Origin: Leucoraja ocellata
Taxonomy: Eukaryota
Direction of reading: 5' to 3'
DNA: 64,000 nucleotides
NCBI GenBank assembly: GCA_036785375.1
Contig: JAWMAR010000085.1
Location: forward strand, 7,502,001-7,566,000
The notes beneath the pieces were generated by a model. That model did not search any database. It worked only from the letters and a program-made list of their open reading frames with translations, and was not told where the DNA came from. Below are positions 51,905 to 63,650 of this stretch, in pieces; position 1 is the stretch's first letter; the number at the start of each line of letters is the position of its first letter. The position numbers and the translations under genes are program-made.

Positions 51905-52312
51905 TTATTCCAGATACACTGAGTGCAACATTGGTGCCTCGGGTCATCAATAAGGTGGAAGGCGATTCGCTGGAGCTGGTCTGCGAGGTATCCAAAAAAA
52001 CGCCGTACCACACGCATGTGGCCGTCACGTGGTACCTGGAGAAGGGAGGTCAGGACGTCCAGGTCATCTCTCTAACGCGAGATTTCATCCTGAGCGCAGG
52101 AGAGCTGTACAAGCAACGGCAGGAGTCGGGAGACGTGAGATTGGACAAGATGGGTGCCACCTCGTTCAGGCTCACCGTCCACAGGTTACAGAGGTCCGAG
52201 CAGGGGCTGTTTCACTGCCAGAGTGTGGAGTGGATGCAAGACCCAGACAAATCCTGGCAGGAGCTGTCTGAAAGGCGGACGCACAAGGTCACTGTCAATG
52301 TCAGAAGCCTGG
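51905..52312 (+). CDS. CD101/IGSF3-like exon, Ig2
   Basis: Acceptor ttctctag|TT and donor CTGG|gtaagg. Reads VIPDTLSAT...LELVCEVS...HTHVAVTWYL...ISLTRDFIL...VEWMQDPD (EWI motif variant). Confidence 0.93.
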
Positions 52313-53220
52313 GTAAGGAGCAATGGTGGTTCATAAGTGCACAAGTTCTCAGAGGAGAATTAGGCCATACTCCACCATTCAATCATGGCTGATCTATCGC
52401 TTCCTCCTAACCCCATTCTCCTGCCTTCTCCCCATAATCCCTGACACCCAGTAATAATCAGGAATCTGCCAGGCTCCACCTTAAAAATACCCAATGCAAA
52501 TCCCCACAGCCATCTGTAGCAAAGAATTCGACAGATTCACCACCCTCTGGCTAAAGAAATAGCAGCTCATCTTTCTGAAGCTACGTCCTTTATTCTGAGG
52601 CTGTGCCCTGTGGTCCGAGACTCTCCCACTTGTGGAAACATCCTCTCCACACTCACTGTATCCAGACCTTTCACTATTCAGTAAGTCCCAATGAGGTCCC
52701 CACCCCCACATCCTTCTAAACTCCAGCGAGTACAGGTCCAGTGTCGTCAAATGCTCATCATATGCTAACCCAAATATCCTGGGGGGGGGCTGCTGTTCCT
52801 GGCCCGCGGGGTGCCACCCGGGGTTGGAGGAGCGCCAACCGAGGCTGGCCCGCGGGGAAGGAGAGGAGCGGGACCCGGGCCAAGGACTGGAGGTGAGGAG
52901 ATAGAGTGTGGGGTCGGATAGGGGGGAGATGAGGAATGGGAGAGGAAAGGGATAGAGGGAGAGAAGGGGGAGTGGGGGAGGTAGGGAGTGGGGAATAGAA
53001 GGAGAGGAGGCAGTGGAGGAGAGTGGGGGAGTGGGATAGGGGGGAGGTGAGGAGTGGGGGACCAGGGGAATAGAGGGAGAGCAGGGGGTAGGGGGGGGGT
53101 AGAGTGGTTATAGAGTTAGGGAGGGAGTGACTGCGGGTAGGCGAGAGGGAGGGAGAGGTGGGGGGGGGGGGGGGGAGGAGGACAGGGGAAAGTAGAGGGA
53201 GAGTGAAGGGGAGGGAGAAT

Positions 53221-54931
53221 AACCATATAACCATATAACAATTACAGCACGGAAACAGGCCATCTCGGCCCTACAAGTCCGTGCCGAACAACTTTTTTTC
53301 CCCTTAGTCCCACCTGCCTGCACTCATACCATAACCCTCCATTCCCTTCTCATCCATATGCCTATCCAATTTATTTTTAAATGATACCAATGAACCTGCC
53401 TCCACCACTTCCACTGGAAGCTCATTCCACACAGCTACCACTCTCTGAGTAAAGAAGTTCCCCCTCATATTACCCCTAAACTTCTGTCCCTTAATTCTGA
53501 AGTCATGTCCTCTTGTTTGAATGTCCGCTCTTGAATAAAAATGTCAGCCAGTCAGTGCACCATTCAAACATTTCTAAAAGCTAACGATACATACAAGATA
53601 AAATATTAAAAGATAAACAACTAAAATAAATATCACGAAAATAGCACGCATAAACACCCAACCCTCCATCCTTCTGTCGATTTCACAGTGTACCACATTC
53701 CCTTAGTATGTCTGGCCCCTCTTTTACTTGGCGGCTACATTTAGTGCTTTTATAGCAGTGGGGTAAAAACTGTTTTTTAGTCTGTTCGTCCTTGTCCTTG
53801 TAGATCTGTACCGTCTGCCTGTCGGCAACAGTTCAAACAGGGAGTGTCCGGGGTGGGAAATGTCCTTTATGATACTCTGGGATTTTTTGGTGCAGCGGGA
53901 ACTGTGTAAGTCCTCCAAGGTAAGGAGAGGGCAGCCGACAATCCTCTGGGCGTTGTCAATGGCCCTCTGGAGCGCTTTCCTCTGAGCCGCTGTGCAGCTG
54001 GTGTACCACACGCATACACAGTATGTTAGTATGCTCTCAATGGAGCACCGATAAAAGGACAGCAGCAGTCTCTGAGTGATGTTATTCTTCCTGAGCACCC
54101 TCAGGAAGTGCAGTCTCTGCTGGACCTTTTTCAGCAGCGCAGTGGTGTTCACGCTCCACGTCAGGTCCTCCTCAATATGGATTCCCAGGAAGCGGAAATC
54201 CGCCACCCTCTCCACACAGTCCCCTCTGATAGTCAATGGTACCATGTCCGTTTTATTCTTCCTAAAGTCTATTATTAATTCCTTTGTCTTTAAGGTGTTG
54301 AGGAGCAGGTTATTTTCTTCACACCACACTGTCAGCTGCTCAGCCTCATCCCGGTAGGCGTACTCGTCTCCCCCGGAGATGAGTCCCACCACCGTAGTGT
54401 CATCCGCAAATTTGACAATGGTGTTGCTGTGGTGGGCGGGGGTGTAGTCATGTGTGTAGATGGTGTAGAGCAGGGGGCTCAGTACGCAGCCCTGTGGAGA
54501 GCCGGTACTGAGGCTGAGGGCCGTGGATGTATGATGGCCCACTCTGACTCTCTGGCTGCGACCCGACAGGAAGCTATTTATCCACATGCAGGTGGAGTGT
54601 GGAAGTCCCAAGTCCCCCAGTTTGTCCACCAGTTTGTGGGGAAGGATGGTATTAAAAGCAGAGCTGTAGTCCACAAAGAGCTTCCGCACGTAGCTCCCCC
54701 GCTGCTCCAGGTGAGACAGTGCAGCATGGAGAGCTGTGGCTACAGCTCTCTCTGTTCAACTGTATTCTTCAATTCCCTACCATTTACCATGTACGCCCTA
54801 TTTTGATTTGTCCTGCCAAGGTGTAGCACCTCACATTTATCAGCATTAAACTCCATCTGCCATCTTTCAGCCCATTTTTCCAAATGGCCTAAATCACTCT
54901 GTAGATTTTGGAAATCCTCTTCACTATCCAT
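53221..54931 (-). mobile_element. CR1 insertion (TSD GGAGAAT) whose middle is replaced by a Rex/Babar RT segment (about 53525-54745)
   Basis: GGAGAAT at 53214-53220 and 54932-54938. Ends match the CR1 at 26471-27218. ORF 53724-54689 is Rex-type ([22 protein letters not shown]). Confidence 0.85.
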
Positions 54932-54938
54932 GGAGAAT

Positions 54939-55705
54939 GGAGGACAATAGGGGTAGGAGGAGGGATGCCCATCAGTTGACCATGCGCAGTTGGGGGCTAT
55001 GGGTCAGTGGTGGAATTTTGCTTTGGGGGACCAGGCCTCCCATGTGACAGGAACCCAAAAGGTCCCACTTGGTCTAGCATATATATTACTGAAACTCTCA
55101 TCTTGGTTGTATCTATGTCTATGATTCTGTGTGTCTGCCTGTGTGTGCATGTATGTGATGAGTGTGATCCTGAAGTTATGCCAAATAGCGCTACACCATA
55201 TACACCAATACACCAATAGCGCTACAATTTTTGGACCACCTTACTCACCATTGTCCTGTGGTGTGGTGTGGTATGGCAAAATGTTGTTCAGATTGATGTT
55301 ATATTTTAAAAGTTATTCACATTTTAATCTTTAAAAATTTAACTTTTCACTTAACTTTTCACGTAAAAAATCAAATTCCACGCTGGTCCTGTCCGTTACA
55401 ATGTAACAAATTACAGGACGCTGAGTCATTGTAACATGCAGGGGCAGGGGAAGTGGAATTGTTTTTTTTTTAAGTTTATAAAGAGGGAGGGTGAAGAGGA
55501 GGGGGTGGGAGTGCTGGGGGATGAGGGGAAATGAGCTGCGCCTGTGCAGTTGGGGGCTATGGGTGAGTGGTGGAATATTGCATTGGTGGAACGGGTTGTG
55601 CTGGGGTAACGGGTGAGTGGTGGAATATTGCATTGGTAGAACGGGTTGCGTTGGGGGACCAGGCCTCCCGTGTGACAGGGACCCAATGGTTCCCACCTGG
55701 TCTAG
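54939..55705 (+). mobile_element. Head-to-tail non-autonomous Helitron units
   Basis: Two similar hairpin-plus-CTAG termini end at 55077 and 55705. The second unit starts CATATATATTACTGAAACTCTCATCTTG. The first probably extends upstream to about 52780 across the CR1. Confidence 0.62.
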
Positions 55706-55779
55706 AATATAATAAATATTTTATATTATATGTATAAAAAGGAAGGTACAGTATCTATATTTAAACACTGATATTATAT

Positions 55780-55814
<35 letters not shown>

Positions 55815-56721
55815 CAGGTGTTTAAATATGGTATTGATCCAAGTCCACAAATGAAAGTAGCAACAAAAATAGATGGAGTGGTAAAGAAGGCATATTGAGT
55901 ATAAGAGTTAGGAGGTCATGATGCTGCGTTATAAGATCAAAAGCCCTTTAACTAGCTTCACAGTTCACATCTATGTATCACTTTTGTGTTCACGCCTGTT
56001 TTTATCCCTAGCCTTTGTCTGACAATCTTGCTATCAGGGAACCCCATTGCCTATGGTAATCTGTTGTCGGCCATGATTTGTTCTGCTCCCTCTTCTCCCT
56101 TCCGGTTGTACAGACTTGGATTGTGAACACTAATTGCAGCAACCAGAAGCAATTGCAATTTAGCTTAATTTAGAGATGCAGCATGGAAACAGGCCCTTCG
56201 GCTCACCGAATCCACGCCGACCATCAATCAGCCGTTCATGCCAGTTCTATGTTGTCCCACTTTCTCATCCACTCCCTAAACACTTGGGGCAATTTACAGA
56301 GGGCGAATTAACCTACAAACCTTGGAATGTAGTAGAAAACCAGAGTACCTGGAGAAAACCCACGCGGTCACAGGGAGAACGTGCAAACTCCACACACAAA
56401 CAGCACCCGAGGTTGGGATCAAACTTGGATCTCTGACACTGTAGAGGCATTCCAATCACTCAGTTACTTTAATCATTATGTGTTTTTTTCCCTTGCCGAC
56501 AGTTGACTTTCTCCTTTGGATGGCAACCAGTGAACTGCTGGTAATCTGAATAATTATAGTAGTGACAGGAGATGATAAGGGATAATATAGCATTGGACAG
56601 GTTAATTATGGTGGAGGCGAGTTTAAATGTAGCTTTTCTGTTGAACTTGGAGACAATGACCTTTAATAAAACACAGTGTTATATTAATGGAGCGTGAATC
56701 ACTGCTATTAAGCCTCAGCAA

Positions 56722-57140
56722 ACGTCAACAGCAAACATCTCCCGGTTGCCAAACATTTTAACTCCACTTCTCATTTCCATACTGAGCTTTCTGTCCTGGG
56801 CATCCTCCGCAGTCAGAGTGTGGCCACACTCAAATTAGAGGAACGGCACCTCATATTTTGCTTGGGCAGCTTACAACCCAGCGGTATGAATTATGATTTC
56901 TCTAATTTTAAGTAACCCTTGCATTCCCTCTCTTCCCCGTCCCTCCCCCACCCTAGTTCTCCCACCAGTTTCACTGTTCGTATTCCTTCATTATCCCCTA
57001 TTTCACCGCCAACAATGGACCATTGTGGGCTCCACCTTTCCTTGATCATCTTGCTGTCCTTAATTTGTTCTTTTCATACCTTTCTGTCTTTTGTTCTTTA
57101 ACTCCTCATTCCTCCAGTTTCCCTCTCCCCTGACTTTCAC
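56722..57140 (+). mobile_element. Penelope GIY-YIG C-terminal fragment
   Basis: LPVAKHFNS...KLEERHLIFCLGSLQPSGMNYDFSNFK, homologous to 24353-24676. Confidence 0.75.
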
Positions 57141-57300
57141 CTTAAATCTATATCCTCTAGTTCATGATTCCCCTACCCTGGGCGAAAGACTCTGTGCATC
57201 TGTCCTATTTATTCCCCTCATGATTTCAACATCCACAGAGTGTGCATACTGACATTTTAAAATACTATAATATTTCACAAGAGCAGAATTAGGCCATTCA

Positions 57301-59595
57301 TAGAAACATAGAAACATAGAAAATAGGTGCAGGAGTAGGCCATTCGGCCCTTAGAGCCTGCACCACCATTCAATATGATCATGGCTGATCATCCAACTCA
57401 GTATCCTGTACCTGCCATCTCTCCAAACCCCCTGATCCCTTTAGCCACAAGGGCCACATCTAACTCCCTCTTAAATATAGCCAATGAACAGGCCTCAACT
57501 ATCTTCTGCGGGAGAGAATTCCAGAGATTCACCACTCTCTGTGTGAAAAAAGTTTTCCTCATCTCGGTCCTAAAAGATTTCCCCCTTATCCTTAAACTGT
57601 GACCCCTTGTTCTGGACTTCCCCAACATCGGGAACAATCTTCCTGCATCTAGCCTGTCCAACCCCTTAAGAATTTTGTAAGTTTCTATAAGATCCCCCCC
57701 TCAATCTTCTAAATTCTAGCGAGTACAAACCGAGTCTTTCCAGTCTTTCTTCATATGAAAGTCCTGACATCCCAGGAATCAGTCTGGTGAACCTTCTCTG
57801 CACTCCCTCTATGGCAAGAATGTCTTTCCTCAGATTAGGAGACCAAAACTGTACGCAATACTCCAGGTGTGGTCTCATCAAGATCCTGTACAACTGCAGT
57901 AGAACCTCCCTGCTCCTATACTCAAATCCTTTTGCTATGAATGCTAACATACCATTCGCCTTCTTCACTGCCTGCTGCACCTGCATGCCTACTTTTAAGA
58001 CTGGTGTACCATGACACCCAGGTCTCGTTGCATCTCCCCCTTTCCTAATCGGCCACCATTCAGATAATAATCTACTTTCCTGTTTTTGCCACCAAAGTGG
58101 ATAACCTCACATTTATGCACATTATACTGCATCTGCCATGCATTTGCCCACTCACCCAGCCTATCCAAGTCACCTTGCAGCCTCCTAGCATCCTCCTCAC
58201 AGTTAACACTGCCCCCCAGCTTCGTGTCATCCGCAAACTTGGAGATGTTGCATTCAATTCCCTCGTCCAAATCATTAATATATATCGTAAATAGCTGGGG
58301 TCCCTGAACTGAGCCTTGCGGTACCCCACTAGTCACTGCCTGCCATTGTGAAAAGGACCCGTTTACTCCTACTCTTTGCTTCCTGTCTGCCAGCCAGTTC
58401 TCTATCCACATCAATACTGAACCCCCAATACCGTGTGCTTTAAGTTTGTATACTAATCTCTTATGTGGGACCTTGTCGAAAGCCTTCAGAAAGTCCAGAT
58501 ATAACACATCCACTGGTTCTCCCTTATCCACTCTACTAGTTACATCCTCGAAAAATTCTATAAGATTCGTCAGACATGATTTACCCTTCATAAATCCATG
58601 CTGACTTTGTCCAATGATTTCACCACTTTCCAAATGTGCTGCTATCCCATCTTTAATAACTGATTCTAGCAGTTTCCCCACTACTGACGTTAGACTAACT
58701 GGTCTGTAATTCCCCGTTTTCTCTCTCCCTCCCTTTTTAAAAAGTGGTGTTACATTAGCTACCCTCCAATCCTCAGGAACTACTCCAGAATCTAAAGAGC
58801 TTTGAAAAATTATCACTAATGCATCCACTATTTCTGGGGCTCCTTCCTTAAGTACTCTGGGATGCAACTTATCTGGCCCTGGGGATTTATCGGCCTTTAA
58901 TCCATTCAATTTACCTAACACCACTTCCCGGCTAACCTGGATTTCACTCAGTTCCTCCATCTCATTTGACCCCCGGTCCCTTGCTATTTCCGGCAGATTA
59001 TTTATGTCTTCCTTAGTGAAGACAGAACCAAAGTAGTTTTTCAATTGGTCTGCCATGTCATTGTTCCCCATGATTAATTCACCCGTTTCTGACCGCAAGG
59101 GACCTACATTTGTTTTAACTAATCTTTTTCTCTTCACATATCTATAAAAGCTTTTGCAGTCAGTTTTTATGTTCCCGGCCAGTTTTCTTTCATAATCTAT
59201 TTTCCCTTTCCTAATTAAGTCTTCCTCTGCTGGTCTCTGAATTTCTCCCAGTCCTCTGGTAGGCTGCTTTTTCTGGCTAATTTGTACGCTTCATCTTTTG
59301 TTTTGATACTATCCCTGATTTCCCTTGTTATCCACGGATGCACTACCTTCCCTGATTTATTTTTTTGCCAAACTGGGATGAACAATTGTTGTAGTTCATC
59401 CATGCAGTCTTTAAATGCCTTCCATTGCTTATCCGCCGTCAACCCATTAAGAATCAATCGCCAGTCTATCTTGGCCAATTCACGTCTCATACCCTCAGTT
59501 ACCTTTCTTTAAGTTCAGGACCCTTGTTTCTGAATTAACGATGTCACTCTCCATCCTAATGAAGAACTCAACCATATTATGGTCACTCTTGCCCA
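57301..59595 (-). mobile_element. CR1 LINE, 5'-truncated, few frameshifts, inserted in an older CR1 tail
   Basis: ORFs 59215-59490, 57995-59137, 57666-57986 and 57398-57661. ATTCA duplicated at 57296 and 59596. Near-identical to 44566-46165. Confidence 0.93.
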
Positions 59596-60033
59596 ATTCA
59601 TCCCATCAAGTCTACTCCGCCATTCAGTCATGGCTGATCTATCTTTCCCTCTCAACTCCATTCTTCTGCCTTCTTCCCATAACCCCTGATTCCTTTACCA
59701 ATCAAGAATCTGTCAATCTCTGCTTTTAAAATTTCCATTGGTGGCATTCACAGCCGCCTGTGGCAATGAATTCCTCAGATTCACCACCCACTGACTAAAT
59801 AAAATCCTCCTATCTCCTTTCCAAAGGTACGTCCTTATACTCTGACACTATGGCCTCTGGTTCAAGACTCTCACACTTATATAAACATCCTCTCCACATC
59901 CACTCTATCCAGGCAATTTCATTCAAAAACACGTTTTATATCTGCTATATTGGCTCAGTTTGAATAGCCTTCAATAATGAGCTGCAGGTGATATTGACAT
60001 TTTGATAAGAAGAGATTACAGATATTTGCAACA

Positions 60034-61480
60034 TTCAAGATTCAAGATTTAAGAGAGTTTATTGTCATGTGTCCCAGATAGGACAATGAAATTCCCCGCC
60101 CACTGACACTCTCCTCCGCCTAGCGGAGTTGGTCCTTACCCTCAATAACTTCACGTTTGACTCCTCACATTTCCTCCAAAAGTACCTTCAATGACATTCT
60201 TGCTTTGCTTCAGCACAACAGAACATAGTAGGCATAAATAAATACAGAACAGATCAGTGTGACCATATACTATTGAATACATGAATAATCAGATAAAGTG
60301 CAATGGGCTATTAATGTTAACAGTTTTGTTTGAGTTGAGTTTAATAGCCTGATGGCTGTGGGGAAGTAGCCATTCCTGAACCTGGATGTGGCAGATTTCA
60401 GGTTCCTGTACTTTCTACCTGAGGAGATGAGTGAGTGTCCAGGATGGTGTGGATCCTTGACGAAGCTGTCAGCCTTTTTGAGGCAGCGACTGTGGTAGAT
60501 CCCCTCGATGGTAGGGAGGTCAGAGCCGATAATGGACTGGGCAGTGTTTACAACTTTTTGCAGTCTTTTCTGCTCCTGGGTGCTCAAGTTGCCAAACCGA
60601 GCCACGATGCAACCGGTCAGCATGCTCTCTACTGTGCACCTGCAGAGGTTCGAGAGAGTCCCCCTTGACTTACCGACTCCCCGTAATCTTCTCAGGAAGT
60701 AGAGTGATCTTCAGAAATGTGCATGCCCAGGAATTTGAAGCTCTTGACCCTCTCCACCATCGACCTGTTGATATAAACGGGACTATGGGTCCCCATCCTA
60801 TCCCTTCCAAAGTCCACAATTAGTTCCTTGGTTTTGCTGGTGTTGAGGGCCTGGTTATTGTGCTGGCACCATTTGGTCAAGCGGTTGATCTCACTTCTAT
60901 ACTCTGACTCATCTCCATCAGTGATATGTCCCACAACTGTGGTGTCGTCAGTGAACTTGAAGATGGAGTTCGCACTATGACCGGCTACGCAGACATGAAT
61001 ATAGAGTGAGTACAGTAGGGGGTTGAGCATGCAGCCTTGAGGTGCTCCCGTGCTGATTGTTATCGAGGCTGACACATTTCCACCAATACAGACAGACTGT
61101 GGTCTGTGAATGAGGAAGTCGAGGATCCAATTTCAGGGGGATGCGCAGAGACTCAGTTCTGCGAGTTTGGTAACCAGCTTGGAGGGGATGATTGTATTAA
61201 ATGCTGAGCTGTAGTCGATGAATAACAGCCTGACATATGAGTTTTTGTTGTCCAAGTGGTCCAGAGCAGAGTGGAGGGCCAGCGAGATTGCATCCACCGT
61301 TGATCTGTTGTGGCGCTAAGCGAACTCCAGGTTTTTGTCGAGGTAGGAGTTGATTTGCGCCATGATCACCTCTCAAAGCACTTCATCACCACCGACGTTA
61401 GTGCCACTGGTCGATAGTCATTGAGGCACGTCATCTTGCTCTTCTTGGGCACCGATATAATTGATGCCCTTTTAAAGCAC
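60034..61480 (-). mobile_element. Rex/Babar LINE (same family as 32965-34221, opposite orientation)
   Basis: ORFs 60692-61075 and 60270-60623; (TTCAAGA)n tail on the + strand. Confidence 0.87.
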
Positions 61481-61578
61481 ATTGTGACTAAACTAACATT
61501 TAAACTAAACTAAAATTAAAGTAAACTAAACCTCCTAGCTAAACACAACACACTAACTGGCGCTTGCTTTATTTGCAG

Positions 61579-61959
61579 GTAAGGAGTTTCGTTCTCTTAT
61601 TAAAGCCAAGGAAGTGAATATTAATGTTGGAGGCTCACTGGAGATTACCTGCATGGTGGAAGCTCAGAATCCTGCAGAGCGATTCTTCACGGTGGCCTGG
61701 TTCCTGAACAATGATGAGATAGTCCATATGGAACCCAATGCAGTCCTGTCCTTCCACGGTGAATACGGAGCGAGGGAGAATTTGGGAAAGTTGGCTGTCA
61801 GGAAGAAAGACGACAAGGAATACGTTCTGAAACTGTACCAGATTAAAATGGAGGACGGTGGGAGATATCACTGCCAGGTGGAGGAGAGTGAGAAAGTTAC
61901 AATGGGAGCGTTCTCATCCAACAGGTCCGAGGAGATTGCAATCACTGTGCAAAGGCCAC
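61579..61959 (+). CDS. CD101/IGSF3-like exon, Ig3
   Basis: Acceptor tttgcag|GT and donor CCAC|gtaagg. Reads GKEF...LEITCMVEAQNPAERFFTVAWFLN...EDGGRYHCQVEE. Confidence 0.9.
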
Positions 61960-63245
61960 GTAAGGAACACAGACTTGAACCGCTTTCTTATTTTTGTCGT
62001 GATTAAGATAAAGTAACAGGAAAAATATTGCAATTTGGTCGTGTTTTTGATACAGCAATAGATAACGTTTGCAGTGTTTACAATACAGTATTAGAGAAAA
62101 CAGTGCATGTTGTAGTGTTTGTGATATTGTAATAGATAAGAAACCTTTGTAGTTTATGTTATAGTAATAGATAAAATATATTTTGTTGTATTTACAATAC
62201 AGTAAAAGATAAAATAGTATACGTCTTTACGATTAATCGATGAAGCTAATGCATTATTAGTGCTTATAATATAGCAATAGATTAAATTGTGCATTCTTAG
62301 TGTGTATGATACATTGACAGATAAAATAGTACATTTTGATTGTAAGAAGATCTCGGCTCAGCCACAATATTGAAAAGGGTGGATGAAGCATTAATCTTGG
62401 GCAATAAAAACCAGATCAGATTTGTGCACTCCACGATATTGCAATCACAGCTGATGCATGGATGAAGTGGAGGTGGGACTGGACTGAAAAAGCTTTGGAA
62501 TTGGATTCAATTCATTCCTAGCCCAGTTAGGAGTAACTTTATGTCTTTTTTGGCCTGGAATCCAGAATCTGTAGTTCCTTGTATCAAGAGTAAAATAGAG
62601 TTGGCTTATAAGTAGGATAGATGCATGATAATGTATCGTTGGTAAGGCAGGTTCAGTCTGAAGAAATGTCCCAACCCTATCCATGGTTATCAATTCAATA
62701 GATAAATACAAATTCTGGAGTAACTCAGAGGGTCAGGCAGCATCTCTGGAGTAAAGGAATAGATGGTGTTTTGGATCGAGACCCTTCTTCAGATGGCATA
62801 GTGAAAGGCCTGGATAGAGTAGATGTGGAGAGGATGTTTCCACTATGGGGAGAGTCTAGGACCAGAGGCCATAGCCTCAGAATAAAAATACGTACCTTTA
62901 GAAAGGAGATGAGGAGGAATTTCTTTAGTCAGAGGATGGTGAATCTGTGGAATTCATTGCAACAGAAGACTGTGGAGGCCAGGTCAATTAATATTTTTAA
63001 GGTGGAGATTGACAGGTTCTTGATTAGTAAGAGTGTCGAGGGTTATGAGGAGAAGGTAGGAGAATGGGGTTGAGAGGGAAAGATAGATTAGTCGTTATTG
63101 AATGGCGGAGGAGACTTATTGGACCAAATGGCCTAATTCTACTCCTCCAACTTGTAAACATGATTTAAATCTTGCTTTTCCTCTACCAAGTATACATTGC
63201 ATCATAGACTGCTGACATTAACACCAACTCACCCTTGCTTCACAG

Positions 63246-63650
63246 AGGCCGACCTTAAGGTGGAGATCAGCATTAGTGGGACGAATATTTTGGAAGGGGG
63301 TGTTCTTCAGTTTGCCTGCAATGTTCGTTCGGGGGCCACAGTGCCTGGGCAGCTTTCTGTTATTTGGCAGTTCATGGACAAACACAAGGTGAAGAGCAAT
63401 ATAATTGAGATGCAGCAGAATGGTGTCCAAGTCACTGCTCCGCCCTACCGTGAGCGGGTTGGTCACGGAGAAGTCCGGATGGCCAGAGTGGGGTCCGATA
63501 CTTTTACGTTGGGCATTTATGATGCCAGGATTTCAGATGAAGGAATGTACTCTTGCAAAGTGATGGAATGGACAGCGATGCCCAACCAAAACTGGAAACT
63601 AATCGGAGATTATGTCAGCAGTGATAAGGCAGTGACGATTAAATCTCTGG
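63246..63650 (+). CDS. CD101/IGSF3-like exon, Ig4; gene continues beyond the window
   Basis: Acceptor cttcacag|AG and donor CTGG|gtgagc. Reads NILEGGVLQFACNVR...LSVIWQ...DEGMYSCKVMEW. Confidence 0.92.

Noticed and set aside
41247-59137. Long ORFs (592, 414, 380 and 321 aa) as host genes or a prokaryote-like RT system
   Set aside because: All are 5'-truncated non-LTR retrotransposon ORF2 pieces with LINE tails and TSDs.
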